This document shows, piece by piece, positions 23,627-34,509 of a stretch of DNA of 39,396 nt (within the stretch, counting starts at the first letter, position 1; each line of letters begins with the position of its first letter). The notes under the pieces are model-generated. The model was not told the origin of the DNA. It was given only the letters and a program-made list of their open reading frames with translations, and searched no databases. This DNA comes from Octopus bimaculoides (lineage: Eukaryota). The stretch is taken from NCBI RefSeq assembly GCF_001194135.2, contig NC_068991.1, forward strand, positions 2,940,156 through 2,979,551, given 5' to 3'. The position numbers were made by a program, and so were the translations under genes.

Positions 23627-23711
23627 CTAGAAGACTTCATTACAACATGTCTTCGTTCAACGAGAACGCAGGACTGAGTCTCATCAAACACAGCTGCTTG
23701 GATTTTGTTGA
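23627..23711 (+). CDS. PLCB4: PLC-beta Y-box alternative exon B, (A)[27 protein letters not shown](D)
   Basis: Long U-rich tract then ttgcaAG|CT AGA...GTT GA|GTATCCTT; 85 nt, same phases as exon A, no stop codons. Confidence 0.9.
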
Positions 23712-23719
23712 GTATCCTT
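23712..23719 (+). promoter_or_regulatory. U12-type 5' splice site GTATCCTT after exon B
   Basis: The first 11 nt (GTATCCTTGTT) are identical to the exon A donor. Confidence 0.9.
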
Positions 23720-23892
23720 GTTGTATTGTGCTCTGTCCGTCCATCCCTCCATCCATCCTTCTGTCCATTTGTCTGTGTGTCTATATCTGGTGGGGGAGTG
23801 GTGAGGGGACAAGGATGATAATACCAAAGTTAAATAGATGCATAGTGTTAATTGTGTGTGTGGAGTAGTGGGTGCAGCTTTGAATCATATTC

Positions 23893-24118
23893 TTAACCCT
23901 TTAACAATTAAACCAGTCGTAACTGGCCCAAACCCTTTTTTGTTTTATGCTAATACTGACCAGATTCAACCTCTCATACCTAACCTACAATGTCATCCTA
24001 AAAGTGTGCAATCGCATCATCGAAATCTTGAAGCTACAAGATAATCCATGATTAGTTCAAAACAATGTAGATAAATAAGGATTATATTTAACTGGGTAAT
24101 CTGAATGCTGAAAGGTTA
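23893..24118. mobile_element. TTAA/CCCT MITE, copy 2
   Basis: Homologous to 8483-8710 (CCTCTCATACCTA..CTAC, GCTACAAGATAAT); ends GAATGCTGAAAGGTTA. Confidence 0.7.
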
Positions 24119-24189
24119 CGGACCAAAGATAACATTTAAGGAATTCTACCCATGACCATCCCTTTTTACTTTTCTAGACTCCCAGATGT

Positions 24190-24250
24190 GCACATGGCTG
24201 TGTGGTTAAGACGTTTGCTTTGCAACCACATGGTTCCAGGTTCAATCACA
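24190..24250 (+). mobile_element. SINE family A head fragment
   Basis: TGGCTGTGTGGTTAAG...CAACCACATGGTTCCAGGTTCAATC. Confidence 0.7.
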
Positions 24251-24622
24251 GACATAGTTCTTGAGACAAGTGCCTCCAACTGTGATCCTAGGGCAATTAA
24301 TGTGGAGTCACATGTATTTTCTAGCACTACACCTGCCCAGGTTTGGAAAGGAGTTGTTATATGTTAAGAGAAGAAGGAAAATAATGGATCAAAGATAAGC
24401 TAAACTTTTGACCACACTTGTTGCCATCTTCAGAGCATGATCAGATGTCCCTTTGATCAAGGGACCAAAGTTAATGTGTTAGAAAGTGATTGGTTTAATT
24501 CAGAGATCAATACCTCCAAATCTATTCCATATTGTTGCGAACATCTTATTTGTGGATTAATTGATAAGAGTGTTCATATTGTGAGTTTACAGCTAAAAGT
24601 TCTTGCTACATGGTAACCCCAC

Positions 24623-24827
24623 TGGAGCTGGTGCCACATAAAATGCACTGGTGCTGGTGCCATGTAAAATGCACCTTGAACACTCTGTAAAGTGGTTGGC
24701 ATTAGGAAAGGCATCCAGGCATAGAAACCTTGCCAAAACTGACACTGGATTACAATACAGTCCTTAGGGACATTGCATCCTGTTGAACCAACCAGCCAGT
24801 GACAGAATGGAAAACAGATATCGAATT

Positions 24828-24857
<30 letters not shown>
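24623..24857 (+). mobile_element. Diverged RTE-type 3' tail with (GAT)n
   Basis: GTGGTTGGCATTAGGAAAGGCATCCAG...GGAAAACAG...(GAT)n. Confidence 0.7.
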
Positions 24858-24859
<2 letters not shown>

Positions 24860-25477
24860 ATAGTAAGTTGAGGATTACATTAGCTGATGTGTGCTTCTCT
24901 CTATAAAATAGGCAGGATGTGGTTTGAGGAAGACTTGATTGTTATTTCATGCAGGTTGAGCAACTATGTACGGGTGGGGGTGCCCTTGTTAGTTCACGTG
25001 CATATCGATGCATGCATGTACAAGACAGAGAGGGAGAAGAGAGGGGGGAATATTTGAATTCAAATGAAACTATATAACTTTACCACCACCACCACCACCA
25101 CCACCAGTACCACTGTTTCTGTTGTTTCCGTGTAAACATTGTCCTGTAAAAGTAGTGATATTGTAATTATATTAATTAATATTTGTTGTATAATCAGTTA
25201 TTTGCTTATGAATTGTTTTATTTTATTTTATTTTAATATTCTTGTATTTTTGTTAGAGGGTTTTTTTTGTGATTTTTGTTATTTTAATTTTAATTTATTT
25301 TTGTGCTTATTTATTAACTCATTTTGCTGATGTTTATTGTGAATTGTATTTTACAGTGATACCAATGTGTTTTTGTTATTAGTTAACCAATACCTTTTGC
25401 CCATCCTTCAAACAAGCATGATAATCCTTTATTTGATGTGTATACATGTGTGTTGATATATATATATACATATATAG

Positions 25478-25680
25478 GCACAGGTGTGGCTGTGTGGTAA
25501 TTAGCTTGCTTCCCAACCACATGGTTCTGGGTTCAGCTCTACTACATGGCACCTTGGGCAACGACGAAAGCCTTGTGAGTGGATTTGGGAGACAGAAACT
25601 GAAAGAAACCCATCGTATATATATATATATATATATATGTTTGTGTGTCAGTGTTTGTCCCCCCAACAGTTGTCAAGTGA
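25478..25680 (+). mobile_element. SINE family A, 5' half
   Basis: Homologous to the 37508-37905 copy, including its internal (AT)n/(GT)n VNTR. Confidence 0.85.
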
Positions 25681-25708
25681 TGTTGGGGGAACAAACACAC
25701 ATACCCAA

Positions 25709-25770
<62 letters not shown>

Positions 25771-25862
25771 GAAGACACTTACCCAAGGTGCCACACTGTG
25801 GGACTGAACCTGGAACCATGTGGTTGGGAAGCAAGCTATTTACCAAACAGCCACACCTGCAC
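25681..25862 (-). mobile_element. SINE family A, 5' half, inverted and abutting the previous copy
   Basis: Reverse complement reads CAGGTGTGGCTGTTTGGTAAATAGCTTGCTTCCCAACCACATGGTTCCAGGTTCAGTCCC. Confidence 0.85.
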
Positions 25863-27421
25863 CTACACTCTGTCACACACACAGACCAATTTAAATTCAA
25901 ATTACATACCAACTAACCAAATAACTCCACGTGTTTTCCTGTATGTCTGAAGGGAAATGAGGAAATTATGAAAAGCACCAGTTTTATAGTCCATATATTA
26001 TTTGACTAGAATCCACAGTTGGATATGTCATAAAGTACATCATAGAAAGCCATAAAGGAGATAGTTTGCTCATAAAATATTTAGTTTCACCATCATTAAC
26101 AAACAATGATAATTAGTTATTTATAATGTAAATTATATGATCCAATTGCATTGTCAAATCTTCAGAGATTCATAATTCTCATTTTTAATTTGTAAAATTA
26201 AGAATGAGAATTACGAATCTCTGACGATTTGACAACTTCAGTTTAGGAATGGAGGTCTTGGTATTGCATTTCTTCCTTCATAAAGCATTTCAGAAATACA
26301 TGGTTCATATCCATTATGAATACACTGGATTGGTGACAGTGTTGCTATCAGTGGACAATGTAACTGGATGATATAATTTATATAATGTATGACTAATTAT
26401 TATTCCTTGTTAATGAAATGTGTGTAAGATGATGTTAACTGAATATCTGAATGAGGTGATTAACTGTGGCTGTTTGGGATGCTAACAATTTGGCATAGCT
26501 GACTGGAGATTGAACCTATTTGAGCCACAGTACTTTTTGGCACTGGAGGCAAACAGAGAGAGAGGGGGGGGAGGTGCAGCAATACAATCTGATGTCAAGT
26601 AAGTCACCATTGACTCAGCAATGCCAAATAAATGGCACCAAAATGCATAGATCATTGTTGATGTAAAAAATGGATAAACTGATGCTTTCCAAGAAATATA
26701 TCCTGTAGTATCAGGCTTCTTTAAGTCTCCCTTCAGAAATATAATGGACCAGTGATTGGCTCACTGGAGATTTATAACTTACAAGATTACTGTTCTCAAA
26801 AGAGGGAAATAAACTAGAGAAGAATATGAATGGATGTGAATGTGTGACTATATATTTATGTGTGTGTGTGTATATAAATGTGTGCACGTGCACACACACA
26901 CACACATAGTGAGAGAGCGAGAAAGAGCATAAAGGGAGATAATATGTGTGTGTGTAAATTCATATAACTATACATATATATANNNNNNNNNNNNNNNNNN
27001 NNNNNNNNNNNNNNNNNNNNNNNNNNNNNNNNNNNNNNNNNNNNNNNNNNNNNNNNNNNNNNNNNNNNNNNNNNNNNNNNNNNNNNNNNNNNNNNNNNNN
27101 NNNNNNNNNNNNNNNNNNNNNNNNNNNNNNNNNNNNNNNNNNNNNNNNNNNNTATATATATATTTTGTTAGGCATGCTAATGATTCAACACACTCACCAC
27201 TTTAATAATAATAATGATATTAATAATAATAATAAAGAAGAAGAAGAGTTTTTTGTTGCTATATGGCTGATGGATGGGGACCAATTCCAAAATGTTGTTG
27301 CAGTGGGGGTCTTTTTATCATGTGTTTAACCATAATAATAATAATAATAATAATTTTGTTCTTTTAATGCTCTGCCCTTTTCAATAAAAGATTTTCCCCC
27401 ACCCCACAATATGCTGCCATT

Positions 27422-27441
27422 TTCCTTAACACGTTCCCCAG
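27422..27441 (+). promoter_or_regulatory. U12-type branch point TTCCTTAAC and short 3' splice site
   Basis: TTCCTTAACACGTTCCCCAG: consensus minor-spliceosome branch site ending 11 nt before the exon, with no extended polypyrimidine tract. Confidence 0.92.
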
Positions 27442-27514
27442 TTATAATAAGCGCCAAATGAGTCGTATTTACCCAAGAGGTGGAAGAGTCGATTCCAGTA
27501 ATTATATGCCACAG
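27442..27514 (+). CDS. PLCB4: PLC-beta Y-box exon [24 protein letters not shown]
   Basis: Signature Y-box motif [13 protein letters not shown]; CAG|GTAAGT donor; phase 2 to 0. Confidence 0.97.
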
Positions 27515-28079
27515 GTAAGTTTGTGTTATTTTTTCACTCATTTGTTTTGTTGTTTGGTTTGTGTGTGTGTGTGTATGTGTGTGAGACAGAGACAGTGGGG
27601 GAAGGGTAAACAAACAAAAGGAAAGAGTCATGAAATCTAAATATTTCCATGAAGTGTCCAAAGATCAGATGTAATGCTTGCCTCTGTAAACCCTTAAGTA
27701 ATGCAATCTTAATTCCACATTAATAATTCAAAAATATATAACAAAAAGCACAAGTGCTACTCATAAGAAGAAAACATCATCCCAACACACACACACTTTT
27801 AATCATGAGTAACACCTAACTAGAGCCATCACAATTGCATTAAATATTGGGTATCAGTAGCGTTGAGGATCTCTTCCGGTGAAAGCACGTCTTTAACAAA
27901 GCTAGGATTGCCTCCCAAAAACTAATGCTTCTTGTCAGAGCTAGAGGACACTTCAGCTCATAATGATTATTGATAGACTATAAAACTCAGATGTAATCCT
28001 CAATGGATTATTGCTCAACAGCTGCACAAACATCATCGACTGCAGAAAAGTTCCACGTGTCTGGTTGCCATAATGTCAC

Positions 28080-28350
28080 TCCCTGACACATTCCAGCTTC
28101 TGGCTCACACTTAGGCATACTGTATCTTCTCTTTCTGCCACTACTGAGATGGCCTCTGCTCCTTGAAACTGGTTGGGCTCATGCCACTCCCATTCCGGTA
28201 TTCACGCTTTACTCATCTCTCCTCCGCCCATTACCTCTGCTGTGTCCAACATTCCCAAGGGCCTGCACTAATCATTCCTTCCTTAGAATGTCATCCCTTT
28301 GGAATCCCTTCCTTGTTCATATCTTTCCCACAAATGTTAACTTAGAAATA
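28080..28350 (+). mobile_element. Possible decayed non-LTR retrotransposon C-terminal remnant (CR1/Jockey-like)
   Basis: Broken translation resembles LFYRY..G.CS.EL...SF.PR...LWN.LP...FP. 1041-1260 may be a similar remnant. Confidence 0.4.
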
Positions 28351-29225
28351 TTAATGGCATGATTCCCTCCAGTTCAGGGAAGCTGCAATGGCAATGAACA
28401 CTTGTAAACCTACCCATCTTGCTAGGCATATCTGACCACTAACTCACATCTCCCTCGACCAGTTACCCAACTACTTGGTTATTTACCTGACTGGACTCTT
28501 TCACCACTTTTGAAGATGAAAGTTCCTCAAGACACAGCTGCACAGTGTTCCTAGTTCAGCGTTTTGTCGTGTTCTGTGTTTTGGTTGGCTGAACAACCTG
28601 CACAATGAACATTATTCGAGTGGGTCTGATATGTGCAGATCCAGTCCCACTCTCTCGTCCTTCAATCATGTATTAGTTTGGTACAACAAGTCCATTGGTT
28701 ATCAGCATGCAGGATTTGTATGCAGCTATCTTCTCTTAGATGAGCAGTTAAAGAGCCAAATGACCTCTTCTACCCAGGGTCCTTTGGGTTGTCTGTGAGT
28801 GACCTTCTTCAGGAGTTAATTCCATGATATGTTAATTAACCGATAGCTGGGACCCTGACAGGTGCTACTGCTCTGGATCAAGTGTGGCTAAGAGGTGGCT
28901 CCACACTCTTCAAAGCCCCAGAACTCACAAACCATGGCCCCCACTTCAGGGAGTGGTTTAAAGTCATACCTTGGACTCACCAATTTAGCCATCAACAACC
29001 CAGCTATTTATGCACTTATCCTTTAATCTTTCTGGTTATGTAATTATCTGATCAATTCCATAAACAGCCATCTTGTAGCCAGCCATCAACTTCCCCCACC
29101 TATCCTCTTCCTTATTCAGGCCCTCATCCTAGACATCTTCACTTCCTGCCAAACCACCCATCCATTTATCTACCCAGTTTCAATAGCAGTTATTTAGAGT
29201 ACAACTTCCTGTTTATTTTTCACAG

Positions 29226-29329
29226 ATCTTCTGGAATGCAGGTTGCCAAATGGTGGCGTTGAATTTCCAAACTCCAGACCTTGCTATGCAGCTTAATCAG
29301 GGAAAATTTGAATACAATGGAAACTGTGG
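29226..29329 (+). CDS. PLCB4: PLC-beta Y-box exon [34 protein letters not shown](G)
   Basis: cacAG|ATC...TGT GG|GTAAGC; conserved [14 protein letters not shown] motif. Confidence 0.97.
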
Positions 29330-29420
29330 GTAAGCTGATAGTTTTGATAATTCTTATCATTTTAATTATAATTTACCTTAGTCTTAAATTCTTAAAGTCT
29401 ATGGTATTGTATATACATAC

Positions 29421-29492
<72 letters not shown>

Positions 29493-30258
29493 GTAATTAT
29501 ATATATATATATATTATTAATGCTAAATAATACCTAGTTCATAAAATATGCTTCGACACACGAATTCACATAAAGAATCTTGCAAACCACTTACAAAAAC
29601 GAAATATGTGATTAACTCATTTTTGTGTTTCATCTTTCTAATTACCTAACAATTATATTCAGTGGCTTCGTAATACCATTAATATAACAGTCCTATCTCC
29701 AGACACTAAAACTATCAGAATCCCTAGCTAGGCAGCCGATGAAGGCTAAATTGTTTATTGTTCTCTCTGTTACATAGTTTTCTTGCTTGTGCTTATTGTT
29801 TACATTGAAGTGTCTGTTTGTGTGTGTGTTTTCATGTGCTGGTTCATTTTAATGTCCTTTTTTTATCCATGCTAAAATGTGTTTTATTAAAAACACTGCT
29901 ATATTCAAGTTTGATCATTTTTATTGAGGATTTTTTACATTTCCATGAAACCTTTATGAGATTGTGCTAAAAGTTTTAAATGGATTTAGAAGAAACATTG
30001 TCTTATACGGAGCTAATAATGAAATATGAAAGATGCAGAATGAAAATGATCAAACTTGAATGTTGTCGTAATTTGAATGTTTAAAAGAAAAGTTTCTCTT
30101 ATTCACACACACACACACACACACACATACACACACACACACACACACACATGATATTAAGAAAGAAAAAGAAGAGCAAAAATAATGTTGATATTTAACA
30201 TTTTTTTTTTTTTTCTTGTGTCTTCCTCTTCTCCTCTGATGGCTCCTGCTTTCTTTAG

Positions 30259-30361
30259 ATACCTGCTGAAACCTGACTTCATGAGGAGGCCAGACCGGAC
30301 ATTTGACCCATTTTCAGAAAGCCCTGTAGATGGCGTCATTGCCGGACATTGTTCAGTTGAG
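30259..30361 (+). CDS. PLCB4: PLC-beta exon [34 protein letters not shown] (end of Y box, start of C2)
   Basis: ctttAG|A TAC...GAG|GTAAGT; phase 2 to 0. Confidence 0.97.
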
Positions 30362-30664
30362 GTAAGTTCACTTTACAGTTTGTCCAGATAATCCCTTGTC
30401 CAGATAATCCCTTAAATATTTACTTTAAACATTTGGATATTATTTGTTCGTCCATGTTTTCTGGTATCATATTTTAATCAACTGGAGTGGATTAAGATTA
30501 AGCTTGCAGTTTATCACTTTCAGATCTTATTGTACAGAGTACAAATAGAGATTTTTATCTGTTGGCAGATATCAGCACTGATCAGCAAACAGTTTTCTTC
30601 ACTGAAATTATAAACAAATCCAGTGACATCTGTAAGGTTAAACATCCTGGTGTTTCTAGCTGAC

Positions 30665-30760
30665 AAGTCAATAAATTAAGTACTAGTAAAGCACTGGGGT
30701 CAGTGTGATCAACTGGTCCCCTCCTCCCAAATTTCAAGCCTTGTGCCTTCCATAAAAAGG

Positions 30761-30810
<50 letters not shown>

Positions 30811-30985
30811 GACAGTGAGCTGGTAGAATCGTTACAGCACCAGGCAAAATGCTTAGAGGCATTTCATCAGTCTTTAAAGTCCTGAGTTCAAATTCCACCG
30901 AGGTCAACTCTGCCTGTCATCCTTTCGGAGTTAATGAAATAAGTACTAGTTATGTGCTGGGGTCAATGTAATCAACTAGACCTCC
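30665..30985 (+). mobile_element. Two SINE family B fragments separated by (ATT)n
   Basis: 3' part at about 30665-30760 and a head-containing copy at about 30810-30985. Confidence 0.75.
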
Positions 30986-30986
30986 C

Positions 30987-31019
<33 letters not shown>

Positions 31020-31404
31020 AGGTAGAATAGCAGAAAAGGGAGTGGGTAGGTAAGTGCACTAGAGTGTGAACAGTGTTACAAGTGATTAGAGATGGGGTAT
31101 GAAGTGAACATAGCGAGTATCGATTTGGGGGAGGGGAAGAAACAGGAGTGGGACAAAAAATAGTATATATATATATATATATATATTTGATGTCATCTGG
31201 GTAATAACCTCATAATGTGCATTTCAAAGCTCCAATACAGTTATTGGCTACCATGTGCCATCATACAGCAAGAATACTTCTTTTACTGAATATACAAGTG
31301 GAACTCTGTGAGTGTATGCAGAATTTGAATAAAAGTTTATAAAACAAGAAAATGGAATTCCAAGAACATGTTGTTATCATTTGAATTGTCATTTCTAATT
31401 ACAG

Positions 31405-31569
31405 GTAATCTCTGGTCAGTTCTTATCTGATAAAAAAATTGGAACATGCGTTGAGGTGGATATGTATGGTCTACCAACTGACACCATTCGTAAGGAATTT
31501 CGCACCAAAGTAGTACCAAATAATGGTCTCAATCCAATCTATAATGATGAGCCATTTGTCTTCAGAAAG
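31405..31569 (+). CDS. PLCB4: PLC-beta C2-domain exon [32 protein letters not shown]...EPFVFRK
   Basis: acAG|GTA...AAG|GTATGA; 165 nt, open frame. Confidence 0.97.
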
Positions 31570-31944
31570 GTATGATGTCTTTTTTATTTTCTTCATTTTT
31601 TTTCTTCTTATTTTCTTCTGGGTGGATGAGATGGAACAGAGGTAAATTTTTAGATTCGGAACGAACTATTTGATGTTTACCTTGTCAGGTATATCGCTGT
31701 GCCCCAGTATGGCCTCTGCCAATTGATTGGAATAAGTAAAAATGTTTTGTTTTTATCTTGTTTTGTTTCCGTTGTGGCCAGGACAAGTAACATAAAGAAC
31801 GACCCTTCATCAGTTGTCGGCTGTCTATCTACACCTCATTTCGAGCATTGAACAACAATATACTCCTGCACCTATGTATAATGCAACTGAACACACACAC
31901 ACACACACGCCTACATACACACACACATGCAATGTATACATTGC

Positions 31945-31976
<32 letters not shown>

Positions 31977-32081
31977 TTGTGTGTGCACATGTGTGTTCAC
32001 ATACCCCCACCCCACACACACACACACAAAAGTTTACTGTTTGAGAACTTTGTCGATTGTTATTTGGTTTTCGTCTTCCAG

Positions 32082-32181
32082 GTAGTACTACCTGATCTGG
32101 CAGTTCTTCGGATTGCTGTGTATGAAGACACTGGTAAGCTGATCGGTCAGCGGATCCTGCCATTGGACGGATTACAAGCTG
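32082..32181 (+). CDS. PLCB4: PLC-beta C2 exon [33 protein letters not shown](G)
   Basis: ccAG|GTA...GCT G|GTAAGT. Confidence 0.97.
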
Positions 32182-32523
32182 GTAAGTGGACTTCATTGTA
32201 TCTTTGGTGGTAAGGTCAGTGTCGGTCAGTGTCTGATTTTTTTTTTTTTATAAGTGGGTTGAACAAGTGTACCCAGGGCTACAATATCGAGTGTGCCCTT
32301 TCAACCAATAAAGAACCTTCTATTCTGTAGGTTGATCTGCTGAGCACAGCAGCCAAATCCCCCTGAAATCCCTACAGAAAGAGAGGTCTATGGTTGGTAC
32401 ACCTTTGATTGTAGACCTGCTGGATCATATCTAAACAACCCCCACACTTTGTGACCCTCACATAATTAACCTGACGGACAGTTTACTAAAAACTATTTTC
32501 TTTCCTTCTTCTCCTCCACTCAG

Positions 32524-32628
32524 GCTATCGGCATATATCACTACGAACAGAAGGCAATTTTCCCCTATCATTACCGACAGTTTTCTGTCGAATCATCCTG
32601 AAGACCTATGTCCCAGAAGGCTTTGAAG
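32524..32628 (+). CDS. PLCB4: PLC-beta C2 end exon (G)[34 protein letters not shown](D)
   Basis: ctcAG|GC TAT...GAA G|GTAATT; too short for the ORF track. Confidence 0.96.
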
Positions 32629-32724
32629 GTAATTTATCAACATTTTTATCCTATTTCTTCCTTTCTTCTTTTTTTGGCTATTATTATTGGTGCAACAGGG
32701 TAGATACCAGCCTGCCTGGAGCAA

Positions 32725-33380
32725 AAAATGACTGGACAAGTGTACCACCATGCATTTTGGGAGGAAGAGCTCAACATCCACATACTCTCTCCACAGCATT
32801 AATATCAAGAAGTGACCTGGGCTTTACTGTCAGCAGTGATTTATGCTGGACAAGGCACGTCTCTAAAATTGTCAAGAAGGCCGAGGGTGTCTTGGCATCA
32901 CTCAGGAAAGCTTTTGTCATCGCTCTCCAGCTATCTATTTAAGGTTATATATGACTATTTATAATTTGCATTACCATTCTGGAACCCGTATCTTGTTCAG
33001 GACATTGACCTCCTGGAAACTGTTCAGAGACGTGCAACCAAGCGAATACCCTACATCTGGCATCTGCCATACTCTGAGCAACTTGCTTCCCTGGGCTTAG
33101 ATACATTGAAGCTTCAATGTCTGGCAACTGACTTGGTAAACACCCACAAAATTATTAACCACCGTGCCAGTCTTGAGCACCTTTTCGAGCTCCATGTGTC
33201 TAATACACATGTGGGCATGCCCTGCAAAGTCAGAAAACAGCACAGCTCCCATGACTTTCGGAAACATTTTTTCACCCCCTCCGAGTTGCTGAACAAACTA
33301 CCTGCATCAGTTGTTAGCTGCCAAGATATTGCATCCTTTAAAACCTCCAGGCTTCCTGAAATCTACCAACACAACACCTG
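32725..33380 (+). mobile_element. CR1-clade LINE 3' fragment (frameshifted RT C-terminus)
   Basis: Motifs [52 protein letters not shown]...NKLPASVV. Confidence 0.8.
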
Positions 33381-33534
33381 ATATCCCCCGCCTCCATACG
33401 CATGCACACATGTATATCATGACTCATACACTTCCTCCTCCTCCTCTGTAATTTTCTATTTCATGGCTAATAGAGCCATGTTTGTCTGATGAAGAAGCTA
33501 ACTCACCCATGTCTATATGTTTTACTCTCAACAG

Positions 33535-33798
33535 ATTTTGTGTCTGCTGTGTCAGCACCAATCCAATTTCAATCCATGGCAGACAAGAGAGAACAACTTA
33601 TGCTCGGGATGGGGATCGATGAAAATGATATCGGGGATGTACCTGTGGCAAAAGAGAAAAACAAATCTACCCAGAATGAAAATGTCAAACCAACTCCTCA
33701 GACACCAAACGGCCCTTCCAAAGACCAAGTGAAGGAAATTCCTAAACAGTCCAAACAGATGACATCAACATCACAACCTCCACCTGCCAAAAAAGACG
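33535..33798 (+). CDS. PLCB4: PLC-beta proximal CTD (Gq-binding helix-turn-helix and autoinhibitory helix) plus CTD linker
   Basis: caacAG|AT TTT...GAC G|GTTCGT; FVSAVSAPIQF...KREQLMLGMGIDENDIGDVP aligns with PLCB4 IVDALSDPKKF...[20 protein letters not shown]. The donor was chosen for phase match to 34281. Confidence 0.88.
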
Positions 33799-34280
33799 GT
33801 TCGTATTCTCCTCCATTTTCTTGTTTTTTTTTAGTTTGTTTTTATATTTGTTGTTGCACTTTAATCCTTTTGATACCGACCCAGCTAGAATTGCTTCTTG
33901 CTCTGTGGTACAGATGTCGTGTTTTCAAAAGTTCTGGATTAGATTTATATTTAGAATTAATGGAAAAGGTGAAGAAAGAAAATAATCAGTAGAAGACATG
34001 AGAGAAGGGGACTTCAATGTGGTCCCTCTATATGCTAGCAATAACAGCCTAAATTTCCTTCAATCCACACCCTTCCAACTGCTTCTAATGTACATCTGCC
34101 CAAATGTAGAACTGTACCTGGGGGTATTACCTTACTAGCAATTTTGATTTACAAACTTACAATTTAGCAGCCTTGCTCAGCAATCTGATAGTTTTTAAAC
34201 AAATGTGTGGTCATTTAACATGCTAGAAATAAGAAGTCAACTATAAACGATCTTTAAAAATCCGTATTTCTCATATACAG

Positions 34281-34509
34281 AGGAGCTTCAGTTTGACAAG
34301 ATAACACGTGAAAGTCTGATGCAGGAGAAAGTCTACGTCCGTTTGATAAAGAAACAGCAGAGAGAAGTAGAGATAATGAAGAAGAAACACCAGAAAGAAA
34401 AATGTGTGATGTCCAAACAGCAATGTACCTCTGTCGAAAAAATGACGGCACTCCATGAGAAAGAGAAGGCAGCCATGGAGAAATCATGGGAGAAGTTAAA
34501 GAAGAAAAA
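34281..34509 (+). CDS. PLCB4: PLC-beta distal CTD coiled-coil exon (ELQFDKITRESLMQEKVYVRLIKKQQREVE...KLKKK)
   Basis: tacAG|AG GAG...AA|GTGAGT; aligns with PLCB4 KAYLKHLKKQQKEL...KKHAKE. Confidence 0.93.

Noticed and set aside
23628-23630. Alternative TAG acceptor 4 nt inside exon B
   Set aside because: It gives the wrong phase after exon 19017-19158; the AAG at 23624-23626 gives an 85-nt exon matching exon A.
33799-33992. Read-through extension of ORF 33489-33992 as coding sequence
   Set aside because: After GAC G the sequence becomes T-rich and intron-like; a phase-compatible donor at 33799 joins exon 34281.
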